From contig NC_087436.1 in the NCBI RefSeq assembly GCF_036321535.1, positions 35,280,001-35,344,000 on the forward strand: a DNA stretch of 64,000 nucleotides, read 5' to 3'. The position numbers were made by a program, and so were the translations under genes. The notes beneath the pieces were generated by a model that worked only from the letters and a program-made list of their open reading frames with translations, had not been told where the DNA came from and did no database searches. Below, in pieces: positions 1-12,980 of the stretch. Position 1 is the stretch's first letter. The number at the start of each line of letters is the position of its first letter. The stretch comes from Camelus dromedarius. Its lineage: Eukaryota.

Positions 1-280
1 TCAGGCCAGGCCGATCAGCAAGGTTCATCTCCTACTTGAGCTCACTCTGTCAAGGCTGTCTCTTTCATCTACTGTGCAGAAACCCACAAAGAGAGTCAAG
101 GAAAAAGAGGAAGCAGAGGAACATGTTCCAAACAAAATCTCCAGAAACAGATTTTATTGAAGTGGAGATAAGTGATTTACCTAATAAGAGAGTTCATACT
201 AACAAATATCCTCACCAAGGTCAGAAGAACAATGCATGAACGAAGTGAGAGTTTCAACAAAGAGATAGAAAATATAAAGT
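1..280 (+). mobile_element. L1 fragment: end of 5'UTR and N-terminal ORF1, degenerate
   Basis: Translates to RKQRNMFQ...EVEISDLPNK..., then (after a frameshift) MHERSESFNKEIENIK, resembling the ORF1p N-terminus of laurasiatherian L1; similarity ends near 280. Confidence 0.75.
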
Positions 281-3081
281 ATTCTCAATAGTTTTCTTTT
301 ATTGATTTAGAGCAGTAATGTTTATTACTTTTTAAAAGAGCCAAATCTGTTTTTACACATATCTGCAAATTGTTAAGGAAAATGCATACCATTTTATTCT
401 AATTTCATACTATTTGTAGGTATATAGATATTCTTATATATCTGAAATAAAGCTACCAGATGTCACTCTTTTATATCAGATATTGCTCAGAATATTTAAA
501 AATTCTGGTAAGTTCACTGCAGTTCAAATAAAGAGGTCTAAGAATCTTATCCAAGCAGCTGTGGTTCCTATTTGAATTTTAGCCTAGATTATTAAAACCT
601 CAAACCACAAAATCCCCTAGGAAATCTTGCATAAGCATTGTTCTCATTGAAAAGGGCTGGGATCAGAAAGGAAGCAAGAGGTTCATGCTTTAGTTGGCTT
701 TAGAACATCAAAAACCCAGTGGTCAATTCCCCTTCAGATGTGTGTTCATAACCCCTTTTAAAGGCAATGAAAATTATATGTGTGGATTTGGGGAGAACAT
801 ACCCCCAAGTAAGGAAATTAAGAAATGCCAAGAACAACCAAATTTCTTTGCTTCAAAAAAATTGGCTTAAACAATAGTTATTTTAAAAAATAATTTTAAG
901 CAATATGTCAAGTAAATCTATTCATCACTGATAGGATTTCTATGACCAGTTTGAAGGAAAGACTTAAAAAATATTTTAACCATATTTCTTTTCTGGTTTC
1001 AAACAGAAAAATACAGTTGCTAAGCTATTTTTGAAAAAGCACTTATTTATGTTTCTCTAAAGCAAATATCTCATAATTCAAAAATTGGTTATTTTTCTAC
1101 CAGGGCCTGATGGGAACACTTTCATATTTGCTAATAGTATAGCATGTAAAAAAAACATTTTGTAGACAGAGCTTCCAAAACAGTAATGCTTTAGATATTG
1201 CTTTTATCACTGAGAGACGAGGTAATGTTCTTAAATTTTTCTAAGAATGTCTGTGATAGACAATATTAATTTAGCAGAGGAAAGGTGAGTAAGGGAGGAA
1301 TGGGTAGGGGAGTTATTATTTTTGACAAAGCGGATAGGGAGTTTGGCCGAAAATACTCTTCACTATATCCAAACCACAAAGGTTTACTAAACAGAAATTT
1401 GAAATCAAAAGACAAACAGGATGTTCATCTGGGACACATTTTTGGACACATACTTTTAATACCACATGAAAGCTGTGCCATCCAGATGTGAAAGCAATAA
1501 AATTTAAACAAAAAACCCCAAACAATAAAATAAGAAGTGAAACTGAATGATAGCCTTTAACAAGGAGCCCGTTCTGTCACTGGATCAGAGACAAAGCTAT
1601 TTACTCTGAGGAAGAGGTGGGGCAGGTTCTGTAGGCCTGGGCTTCCTCACAATGGAAGAAGTAAATAGCAATCTGGTTTTAGGAAACAGTGTGCTTTGGC
1701 AGCCTCTGCTTTCTGGATTTCTTAAATTATCTGTTTTAGACTGAAGTGGAAACTTATTAAAGTCAGTACTTTAATATCAGATCAGCTTCAGGAAGGAAAA
1801 CAGAGAAAAAATTGTTGGTACATATTGTACCCAGAATGTTATGAAGCAAGAAGTGAATAACAATTTCTGTGAGCTACCTAAGGCTAGTCATCCTATCACA
1901 AATACAAAATGATAATGTCATTAAAACTCGGCACACTTAAGAATTTGGAAATAAGGTCTTTGCTAAGACTTAAGATAGGACATGTTACCGTAACATAAAA
2001 CTATTGTCTTTTTCACACAACCGGAAGGGAAATTTTTCAAGTATCATTTAAGTATTTTTCAGATTCTTAATTTTAATATTTTAAATTACAAATGAGAGGT
2101 AACTAGGCAGCCATAAAAGTCGTTACTTGAGTTTCATATGTTTTAAAATAGCAAATGTTATGCATTTAAATTCACTTTTTTTTTTAATAAATAGAGTGCT
2201 CAAAGTCCAAATGTCTATTAACAATGTCTGATTCTCTTGTCCAGGTTGTGATAAACCCTGGCAGATGCTATCTACCAAATTTCCAGATTAAGTTTCTGTC
2301 ATTTGCTGTATTTCAAAAAAATTAAATATAACATTCTAAAACATGTATAAGCCATTTGTATTTTCCCCCCAAACATTAGTTTTGGAGATCAGGAATTAAA
2401 ACTTCCAAAATTTTGATTGTTTAAACATTTGTTTTCTTTAAGCTTTATCTGCTATATTCTTAAAATTTAAGGCGAAAATACTTAAAGTAAAAGAGTTAAA
2501 AGTTATTTTTGATAGTGACAAAGTCACATGTTTTATATCCTGTAAAGGAAGAGAAGACACTTGGGAAAGCACCAGTTTGTGAGACACAATTATTTCAGAG
2601 AAGTAGATTATTGATACTTAATGATAATAATCTTAGAACTATTTGAAATTTTTATAATTTTTACTAAAAATTATTACTTATTTTGTACAATTTTGAAGTA
2701 TTTTTGACAGAGTTTTACTTTCCTAAATAAAACAGAGGTTGACCTGCCATAGTTTACAAAATAATAGTAGCCACAAAATACTTTAAAATAGAAAGCTTGA
2801 ATAAATATTGATGTAAACCCAAGGGAAGCACATGGTTGGGTTTTCCTTTCTCCTCTATTTCATTAAAATTGATATAAGACTTTACTATTCATTCTTAATT
2901 GGATTATCATGCATTTTTCTCATAACAGTTTGTCATGATTCTTGAATTATAATTCAGATAGCATTAGATTTTCCTTTAGTGCTTTGAAACTTTGCTTTTC
3001 ATTAACATGTTTATTCTTGCAGTTTTGAAGTTTATATAACAATATAAATTTGTTATGCTAAATGTGTTGAAGAGTGACCTA

Positions 3082-3625
3082 TAGTATGTTCATTTTAAAC
3101 AATATAACAAATTACCACAAATTTATCAACTTAAAGCAACACATGTTTATTATCTCATAGTTATCATAGGTGAGGAGTTCAGACACTCCTTGACTGGATT
3201 CTCTGAGATAGTCAAGGTACAGACTGGGCTGCAGTCTTTCTGAAGCTCAGGGTCTATCTGGAGCTCCCACTGATTGTTGACAGAACTCAGTTCTTTGTGG
3301 TTGGAGAATTGAGTTCACTGTTTTCTTGCTGGTTAGGTGCTGTTCAGCTACTAGAGGCTACCAAAGCTCCCTGTCAGGCGACCCTCTCATAACTTGGCAT
3401 CTTACTTTTTCAAAGCCAGCAAAAGAGGCTCACTCTTGCCTGTTAAAGGAAGTCTTATATAGCACAGTAACATCATGGGAGTGATGACCCATTACCTTTG
3501 CCATATTCTATTGGCTAAAAGCAAATCACAGGTCCCACCCACACTCACAGGGAGAGGATTATACAGGGTTTAAAAACAGAGGACACAGATTACAGTGGCA
3601 ATCTTTAAATTCTGCCTCCCACTCT
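3082..3625 (-). mobile_element. MLT1-family (ERVL-MaLR) solo LTR
   Basis: Antisense MLT1 hallmarks: ataacaaattaccacaaattt...ttaaagcaacacatgtttattatctcatagtt...ccatattctattggctaaaagcaaatcacaggtcccaccc. Confidence 0.75.
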
Positions 3626-4094
3626 ACTGTTTTACTAAATTAGGAGGACACTTTTATTAAAAATGATTTCAGGCATTCAAAATATTACTTTAAATCTGGG
3701 AGATGTTAACTTACTTTTTTACATAAAATTTATTAGTATACTTAATTTTAATTTGATATTATTCAATATAACCAACTGCGTGTACATTTAGAGAGTAAAA
3801 GGCACAGATAAAATTTGGCTCCCTGTAAAAGCAGAAAGTCACACTGAAAATATTTCCTTCAAATATTGCCATTTAATAAGAACACTTTTAAAACAAAAAT
3901 GATATATTTTAGCTTCCCTCCTCTACACTATTTTGGAATTCACTATTTTTGATATTTTTATTACAGAAAATGAAATTTTTTTCCTTTCCTTTTTCATTCA
4001 TTCACTCGAGTATATATTAAGTCTCTTCTGTATTTCACGCTTTTTGTAAAGTTCTGAGAATGTCAGTTAAAGAATAATGAAGAATTACATCTTT

Positions 4095-4325
4095 TGTCAT
4101 TTACTAGCTGTATGACAATGGACAAATTACTTGACCTTTTTGGGCTTTAGTTCACTCAACTTTCAAATAAACATGTATAATTTTGATAGCATTTCATTTG
4201 CAAAATAATATTTAGTCTCTACAATAATCCTGTCATCATAGGAGGCCTGAATATTCTGAGACAAAAGATATAGCAAATCTTTTTTACAAGCTTGAGTCTA
4301 GTAAGTGAGAGAATATCACAGACTT
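4095..4325. mobile_element. Two degenerate MIR fragments in opposite orientation (+ about 4095-4175, - about 4205-4325)
   Basis: catttactagctgtatgacaatggacaaattacttgacc is a MIR core; tacaataatcctgt...ctgagacaaaagat...tagtaagtgaga resembles antisense MIR. Confidence 0.5.
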
Positions 4326-4329
4326 AACA

Positions 4330-5430
4330 CTGTTATCATTAAGAGGAGTACACAGGAAGACATGGAAAGCATAAAATCTGAGATGAGTTTTGATGGATGA
4401 GTGGGAGTAAGCCAACTGTGTCACATGAATTTAATAGCAAATGCAAACAGGTGCATGAGAGAGCACGTGTACTAGGGGAAAGTGCAAATAAATCAGTCAG
4501 ATGGAATGTAGTCTGTAGACACAGATTTGTATGATAATAAAGTATCCAGATAAGCACAGGTCAGATCAAATAAGTACTGACTGAGAAGCTCAGACTGTAT
4601 CCTGAGTAATGGGGAGCAACTGAAAGATGTTACACGAGAAGTAAAAGAGTTATCTTCCAAGGGATTAAAAAGAAGGCTGTTAGAAATGCTGAGGATGGGA
4701 TGGAGCGAGCTATTAAGGAGGTAATGTAATTAGTACTTCATGGCTAATTGGAGGTGGAACATGAAGATGAAAAGGAAAGGAATAGATGACTTGTGGGTTT
4801 TTTGACTGAGTGAGTTGACGGTTCTTTCATTAACCAATAATGGAGAGGGAGGAGGAGGAGAAATTTGAGAAGGAAAGAGAAGATGAATTTAATTGGAGAA
4901 TAACAACTTTGAACTTGAAACATCTTTAGAATACATCAGGGGAGATTTCCAGCAGACAACATGATATATAATTATAGATCTTAGGATAAATGTATTTGCT
5001 GACGTACATGTTAGAGTTTCATCAATGTTTCTACATCTAAAATGTCTATAAGTTCATCCAGGGAAACTGAGGGAAGACTGAGAATTTAAAATGGTACACA
5101 AGGTAAGTCAGAAGAAATGGAGCCCATAAAGGGCCCTGAGAAACAATAGTCAGAGTTCTAGGATAAAAACCCGGTCACAAAAATATCACAGAATTCAAAT
5201 AATTCAAAAGAATCAAGAAAGAAGTAAGGAGTCCAAATGCTATAGAGAGCTAGAGTAAGAATAAAGATTAAAAGAGAAACTACTGATAAGACTTTCAGTA
5301 ACTTGACCAGAAACAATTTCAGGGAACAATAGGAAAGGAAGCTGTATTTCAGTGGATTGAGAGTGGAAGAAAGGCAATGAAATGGAGCAAGCGAAATTAA
5401 GTCATGCTTTCCACACATCTAGCGAGGACA
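4330..5430 (-). mobile_element. L2 fragment
   Basis: Antisense L2 motifs such as gagtaatggggagcaactgaaagat, gaatagatgacttgtgggtttttt, cagtaacttgaccagaaacaatttcagggaac. Confidence 0.6.
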
Positions 5431-5644
5431 GGGCTAGGAAGTAGAGAAGTCTTTATCAACAGAAATGAGATAGGTGGGGGATTTTATTAAGATATATACA
5501 TAGCTAGTTATTTACTCATGCAGTATATAAGGAGGTCAAAATATGCATATATAATACACATATATGTGAAGAGAGAGATAAAGATATAGATATGTATAGT
5601 ATATAAAGGTATGTGTGGAAAGATTATGCATATGTTATGAGGTC

Positions 5645-5905
5645 TAAAGCACAGAGATAAAAACATGGGCTATGAGGCTAGGCTGACTGAGTTTGAATCT
5701 CAGCTCTACTGCTCACTGGTTAACAAACAACCTTGGGCAAGTCATTGAATCACTCTCTACATAAATTGTCTCACCTGTAAAATGTAAATAATAATAGGAT
5801 CTACTTTATTAATATTGTTGAGAGGGATTACATAAGATAAATAAAACATGCAAAGTGCTTAAACCGGTATATAGAACAGAGTAAGCGCTCAATACATTTA
5901 ACTGT
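5645..5905 (+). mobile_element. MIR SINE, near full length
   Basis: gagtttgaatctcagctctact...ccttgggcaagtcattgaatcactct...ctcacctgtaaaatg...aaagtgctta...gtaagcgctcaatacat. Confidence 0.85.
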
Positions 5906-5907
5906 TG

Positions 5908-6330
5908 TTGGTTATGGTTCCTAGTGATCAATGACTAGTTTAACCAGAAAAGGAATTTAATAAAGCATGACAGGTAGCTCCTAGAATCTCTGCAGTCAGA
6001 GTCAAGCATGAAAGCCACACACCACGGAACAGCAACCAATTACAAAACAGAGTTACTCCAGCGTAAACACCACTATACTCAGCATTGATCATGATGATGC
6101 AGTTTACACTGCTGTTGCTGGAGACCCACAGTTTGTGCCAAAAAGAGCAGGGCCTGATGTCAGAAGCCAGATGCTGGAAGTGCCACGTTTGTGACACTGT
6201 TTATTTCCGAATCAAAGTCTTACCTCAGCACATCTTATAAGAGTCTGCACGTCAGTAACAAGAAAGATTGAGGAAGTAAATTCTGGCTTCTCTTTAGCAG
6301 AGGCTGTAATCAGAATGTGGCAAACTCTCC
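5908..6330 (-). mobile_element. Old MLT1-like LTR fragment
   Basis: ctagtttaaccagaaaaggaatttaataaagcatgacaggtagctcctagaatc resembles antisense MLT1J/K/L ends. Confidence 0.4.
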
Positions 6331-6514
6331 AAATACAAGAAGGGTGTTTCACACATACTTCACATTCAAAAATATCTGATAAATATTCACTGTTTCACTC
6401 CTCTGGTTAGTGGAGGTAAAAACTTACACCTAAACTTGCTAGAAAAATGCACATCAGTCTTATGTGGTTTAAATAGTTTTTTTTTATATCAAACAGTCTT
6501 GTTTATAAAGAATC

Positions 6515-6605
6515 AAAACAGATTTCTTCTGTATAGCGCAGGGAACTATATTCAATATCTTGTAATAAACTTTAATGAAAAAGAATATGAAAACAGATGT
6601 ATTTA

Positions 6606-6637
<32 letters not shown>

Positions 6638-6745
6638 AATAAAACTGGGACATTGTGTTGTATAACAGAAATTGACACATTATAACTGACTGTACTTCAA
6701 TTAAACAGAAAAAAACGGGGCTCTGACTCTCAAAAAAAAAAAAAA
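6515..6745 (+). mobile_element. Young 5'-truncated L1 3' end (cetartiodactyl/camelid type) with internal (TG)n(TA)n
   Basis: ctgtatagcgcagggaactatattcaatatcttgtaata...ctgggacattgtgttgtataacagaaattgacacattataactgactgtacttcaat followed by A-tails; candidate TSD aaagaatc 6507-6514 / aaggaatc 6744-6751. Confidence 0.9.
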
Positions 6746-6951
6746 GGAATCTATTGAAAGTCCCGTTTCTCATCACAACTGTTCTTCACATTCTCTTCTT
6801 CCTTCCGGAGGTGGTTTTTGGGCTCGAGGAAAATGTAGCCCTCATGGAGTTGGGCAAAAGAGTCTCTCAGGCCTCCTGCTCACCCCCATGCTGACTTCCA
6901 GTGGAGGGAGCCTTCAGAGGGTCTTTGACATGAAAGGAAACTGCATACGTG

Positions 6952-7038
6952 CCTCCTCCCAAGGTTCCAAACAGGAAGTGGTTAACAACTTTGCTCCTCC
7001 TCCCAAGGTTCCAAACAGGAAGTGGTAACAACTTTGCT
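6952..7038. repeat. Tandem duplication, 44 bp + 43 bp
   Basis: cctcctcccaaggttccaaacaggaagtggt(t)aacaactttgct occurs twice, differing by a single 1-nt indel. Confidence 0.95.
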
Positions 7039-9039
7039 CCATTCTTGGCTTTTCTTCACACTTAATAACATGTATCGCATTTGGAACCACGGTCTAAAGA
7101 GAGGCAATCAGGACCTCATCGTATATTTGACCCACCCAGACCTAGCAATAGGAGTGGGAAGGCTTCCCCACCAACATTTATGACAGACTTTGTTCACGAC
7201 ATATCCTGACTTTTCTTTATTCTTGGTAAATAGAAAATGGGTATGATCTAGCATGACAAGCCAAATACATAATACCTTAGTACATTAGTGGAAGCTAGAG
7301 GGTTTTAGAAATAGAATTTTTTTTCTAGCCAAGCCTGGCTTTCAAAACTTCAGTCTTATAGTCAACCCAGATATTTTATTCTGAGCATCAAAATCTGAAT
7401 CTTTACTGCCTCTGACTCAATGCAATCCAGCTTCCACAATTTCAGTCGTCCTCAAGGCAAACAGATGACTGGCTGAACTGGGGGAGAGTCCTACTAAGGA
7501 AATGCAAAAGAGAAAAACATATTCACCCCTTTTAAAAAACATTGTTATCATGCTACACAAAAGAGGCTTGACCTGCTTATATACCAAGAGTAAAAGGCAA
7601 GTAGGTCAGAGTAGCCTGAAGTCAGACCGGAGAGAACCAATTTGTAGGTTAAATTGCACAAGACAGAGGGTGTAGTTTCAAAGTACAAGCAAAAGTATTT
7701 GTCTTAAAAGGAGAGAGAGCCCTTCCACTGAAATAGAAGAGAAAGGCTAGGGGCTTGTAATAATTAATTATCACTATATTGACTCCTTGCTGCCAATATA
7801 TTCTGAGTCTGTAATTTTTTGGTAATAGTTCTTTGATTCTAACAACGAGTGAATTGCAATGTTAAGAAATGTGAATGCTGTTTAACATGATTGGAAAGAA
7901 ATGGGGATGGGAAGAATGGAGAGTTCTAATGTACAATAGTTATTTTAAATGGAATGCTGTTGCTGTACAAAAATGTCCCATCTTCCTGTGATCCTTCCTT
8001 TAAACATATTTAAGTCATTTTATTAGAAGATAATAATCCTGTCAATTTACAACACAAGCACAGTGTTTTATTGTTTTTGCTCACATAAGAACATTAGCCA
8101 GACCCAAAGTCACAATGTGGCCTATTCTCCATATTAGCTGGTTTGGGTTTTAACCAGGACAGATGCCTTGTCTTGTATTTTCTTTCACTGTTTCCTTTTA
8201 TTATGTTTCCTTTCATGCATTTCTTTTATTCAACTTTAGAAATGGAATATGGCAACCAGATTTTAGACTATTAGCTTATTCAATAGAAAATGCATAGTCC
8301 TCTTTCAAATTGCACATCTGTCTGCTCTCAGGAATGTTAAATAACAATAGCACAACAACCAAGCTGCTTAGAATAGGAAATAAAAACCACCATGAGTTCT
8401 GGAACACTTGGAAGGATACTCTAGGCGGAATGTAACTAAGTAGTTGGAATTTGTGGTTTAGGCCACCAGGGTTAAAAATATGCCTTCTGAGCAATGTGCC
8501 TTAGGTTTTTTTTAAAGATCAGAAAATACCAGCACATATAATAGGATGATCAGAGCATCCTTCCTCCAGGCACCTCCACCATAAATATTGATTCTGTGAG
8601 TCTTACACGATTCTGTTCTCTTAATTAAAGCCAGAGAGGAGAGGAGAGCATGTGCTCTTAGGAAAAGGGAGAAGAGAGTCCTCTTTGTTTCCCATTAGGG
8701 CACATGAATTCCAGTTACCAGGGCTGCCATCTTTCTATTTCATCTGCTCAGCTAAGAAAAACAAATTCATTATATTTTACATATCACTAGTGGGAAGTTA
8801 CAGAAGTGAAGATAACAACATAGAAAAGAATCTTGTTGGAGAACCATTTTTCTAATGCACTTTACTGCCTTCTTCCTTTATCCAAGGCCCCAACACCAAA
8901 AATACAATGGATATGGGTGGTATAATCATACCAAAATGATATAAAATGAAACAAAACTCATCTGCTTCCAACAATGGGAAAGGTGAAAATAAAATGCTCA
9001 AGGAAAAAAATTAATTCTGCCATTGCAGTATTATTATAT

Positions 9040-9525
9040 GTGTAAGTTTAATAATGGCCCCAAAGTTAATCAGGTCTTAATCTCTGGAAACTGTGAATAT
9101 TAGCTTACATGACTAATGAGATTTTGTAGGTATAATTAAGAATCTTGAAATCTTGAATTATCTGAAAAAGAATCCTTAGAATTATCCTTATGAGATGGAG
9201 ATAAATGGTGATTTGACTATAGACAGAAGATAGATGGCTCTGTGATGAAAACCAAGGTCAGCAGAGCCAGAAAGAGAAGAATCTAGGCCATTGGCTTCGA
9301 AAAACAAAGAAGAGGCCATAATTCAAGACATGCAGAGTCCTGGGGAAGCTGGAAAAGGCAAGCAAACAGGTTTTCTCCCAGAGACTCTGGAGGGAACGTG
9401 GTACTGTTGATACCTTGATTTCAGCTCAGTGAAATCCACTTAGGATTTCTGACCTCCAGACCTGTAGGAGAATGCATCTGTGCTGGTTTACGCTGCTCAG
9501 GTTGTGGTACTTTGTACCGGAGTAC
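9040..9525 (+). mobile_element. MLT1C/D-like solo LTR
   Basis: ataatggccccaaag...ctctggaaactgtgaatatt...gaagctggaaaaggcaagcaaacaggttttctcccagag...ggatttctgacctccagacctgtaggagaat. Confidence 0.8.
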
Positions 9526-10809
9526 TACACATGGTTGTGATCTACCAGTACAGTGGAATAAGCATCCTGAAAGCTCTGTATATCACTTAACCAAAGTCTG
9601 ATTTTCACGATTGTATTCTGAGAAAATATTGTCCCTGTTTATGCTATACAGTGTTTCAGAAAATAATAAGAACATTTATATGACAGTGTTATTTAATACA
9701 TAGTTTTATTACCTTCAGAATATCTCGATCTAGAAAATGGTAATAGCATAATATGTCAAAATTTTTTCTGCCAGATCACCCTAAAAAATGTTTTTAATGT
9801 AAAACTGAAAATTAAAAAATAGTATAAATGGCCTTGAAAGTCCTCTGAACCACACATTTTACCTAGCAGAACATATAGGAATGTGTGTACAAAATTAAAA
9901 TAATACAGCAAAGTTTATTGATAATTTTTTCATATCTTGTTAAGTAATTGAAAAAGTTTCCTGGGGAACAATTATTTTAATTAACACTGAGATAATTAAA
10001 AATATCACATAAACTCATTTGAAAAATAAGACCAGCAAATTTAAACTCAACTTCAGTTAATTGAGTCAAAAAAAAATATCTTTATTTTTTTTGGTAATGC
10101 GCTGACAGATAATCCATGTTTTTGTTGTTGGTTTTGCTCCTTTTATTTTACTTGTTTGTTTTTCAAATGTCTTCATTTATCAGTCAGTTTTATTGGGATC
10201 AAGTAAAGCTTCCAGAGGTAATAAATTTGACACATTCCACTTTATAACTGATAAATTTCCACTGTATATATTGACTTAAAATATTTCCCTGGTCATAGTC
10301 CCAGAAATGATTTTCAGGCATTCTACTAAATTTATTTCAATATAAAAGGAGTTCATTCCATATCAATGGAAATACTAATACTTACTGAATAAAAGATTAT
10401 TAATTTTAGTAAACATTTACTAAACATTTATCTCCATTTACTTTATTTTACTTCAGACTCCCACAATTCTCACTTGGGTTACTATAAAAGTTTCCCAGCT
10501 AGTTACTTTCCACTGCTTTTCTTTAATCATCAATTTTCTGTCCTATTTTCAGAAAAATCTTTCCACAGTGCCATTCCCATGATTAGAAAATTTAGATAGC
10601 TCTATATTTCTCTTGAAATAAAATCCACACTTCTTAGTATGTTTTATAAAGTTCTCCATGAATAATAGCTATCATTTCTTTCCAGTCTCATTTGCTATTC
10701 TCCTGTTTACTCAAAATGAAACATTCTCAGATTCTCTAAATCCACTATTGCTTCTGTCCTCTGCACAGATTCTCTCTGCCTGAAAATACTTCTCCAAAAT
10801 AAAATGTTT

Positions 10810-11210
10810 AGTGGGTGACTGGATATATGCATCTCCAAAGTGTCCAGGAGATGAATCTAAGCTGGAGTCATCCGGGTTGAAAGTGGGCTTAAAAGCATAA
10901 AATGTATTTGCAGTAGGAAGAGTTTGTGGATGAAAATCTGAAAAGCACTGGCATTGAAAGAATGGAGAGGACAAATAGCTCATGAAAGGGATTTTAAAAA
11001 GAGCAGTCAGAAAGATTAAAGGGGGAAAAAAGCAAGGACAGTGTGGTTTCATATAAGCTTATAGAAAAGAGCATTTCAGAAGATGAGGATGTTGCCAAAC
11101 AAACCAATTAAGGAGAACAGAATAATACCTGTTAGCTAGTGATGACGTGGTCACTCCATTCTCAATGAAGTGATAAGATTGGAAAGTTGAAGTGTTGAGA
11201 TTGAGAATTT
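10810..11210 (-). mobile_element. L2 fragment
   Basis: Antisense L2 motifs: gactggatatatgcatctcc...aggacagtgtggtttcatataagc...aaagagcatttcagaag. Confidence 0.6.
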
Positions 11211-11864
11211 GGACCTGTGAGTCCAGGTTTCAATATTACAGTAGAGGAGACACATAAATGAAAAGTTAGAATATTGATTGATTCAATAAATGGTTGAACC
11301 CACCTTGACAATGTACAAAATTTGGGGTGAAGAGGAAAATAATGTCAAATCCTTCAGTAAATGGGAAGGACTGAGAAGGGGTCAGGAAATCATAGATCCC
11401 AGAAGGATGAGAGAGTAATATAGCTGATGTTTGAGCCTGTATAGTACAGGAAGATTTACATGGTCATGAAAGAAAATGGTCTGATCTTGTAAAAATTTGG
11501 GAAAGGACATTAATCCTGTTTCCCTACCTGGGGAATGAAGAGTGAATGCTTAAGAGCTATGCTGGTCTGTCCTCTTAAGTTTCATTCAAAGATTTCCTCC
11601 TGGTATACAGCATATTTTATCTTAAAGTTCAATTTGAAGAAAATTCATTCAAAATTTGACTAATGTCATCTAAGTTATCAATTCTTTATATTCTCAAGGT
11701 GACAAAACTAATGTGTGCTTGAACATGTTATTGCTTGACAGCTCTTTGTATTACAACACAATACACTGTACTTTGTTATGTGGCATTAATGAGTGTTTTC
11801 CACCATCCTTGTTATAAGCTGAGTATGTATTAGAAAAGTGTTTCTATGCCATAAAATAAGACTG

Positions 11865-12060
11865 TAGATCAGAGTCTTTAGAAGCCAGAATTTAGAGTCT
11901 GTTTGGGTTTGAATACCAAGTTATTTTAGGCAAGCTATTCAACTATCAAATCCATAGCTTTCTCACCAGTAATATGGAGTTAATAAGTCCTATAGTGGTG
12001 AGGTTAAACAGTGTTTTACAAGTGCTTAGCACAATGTGTGGCACATATAAAGACCTATTA
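11865..12060 (+). mobile_element. MIR SINE
   Basis: gagtctttagaagccaga...ttttaggcaagctattcaac...gtgaggttaaa...aagtgcttagcacaatgtgtggcacatataa. Confidence 0.75.
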
Positions 12061-12519
12061 TCTTATAAACTTGTTGACCTCACATGCCTATTCCTACTTG
12101 GTTTCTGATTTATTTAGAACTAGAAAGAATGTTAATCAAGAAAAGGCAGAATTTCATTTATGACATGCATTTAGGAGGATACTGTCTAGAGAACAAATGT
12201 TTTGAAACAACGTTTTTTCAAAGGGTGGAACCAGTTCTCATACTGTCATCCTTTCCCACAACCATATGCCGTGGTTCCATACTTGCCAGAAAATGAAATT
12301 CGCTCTTACACAGACGCAGTCATTGACTTTGATTCAAATTCTTATTGACATGTTTACTTCTAAGGACACTTTATTTTGTGATTGATTGACATAGGTCCAA
12401 AGGGCTTTTGTTTGTGACAGATTTTCAGAAGTCATTGCCATGCCATGTTATCTTTAAATGTTATGTCTTCCTTCTGTTTATAAGTACGCTTCTATGCCTT
12501 TTTATTTGCTATTTCTCTG

Positions 12520-12980
12520 ACCCTAGTACCGTTTCCATTTTCTCTACCTACTGAACTCCCACATAATCCTCAAGATCCAGATTAAAGTTATGCTAGACCA
12601 AATGTTGCCTCCCAGCCTGAGTTCATCATTCCCTCTGCTGAATCATCATCTTCCTATGACTCCAATAAACACGCAAGTCAGAATCAAAGTAATGCTTTTT
12701 AAAACTCATACACCTGAAATGCATAGCCATGCACATGTGTTTTGAAAAACAATGATAAAAGAAATGCCTATAAGTATTTGTTGTGCATCCCTGTGTAAGA
12801 ATAACTGCTCCAGTATAGTACTTATAAATAATAACAATTGGTTTTTAAGCCTTTTTTCCCCACTAGACTATTAGGTCTCTGAAGAGAAAGACTTGGTTCT
12901 GGTTTTTGTATCCACAAAACCCAGCTGGACATTGTATAAAACATACTCAATAAACTTTTATTTAAAGAATGAATAAATGG
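12520..12980 (+). mobile_element. L2 3' end, interrupted
   Basis: ccccactagactattaggtctctgaagagaaagac...tactcaataaac...gaatgaataaatg is the typical L2 terminus. Confidence 0.6.

Noticed and set aside
6952..7038. CRISPR-like interpretation of the short direct repeats here and elsewhere
   Set aside because: Only two copies, no spacers, mammalian DNA.
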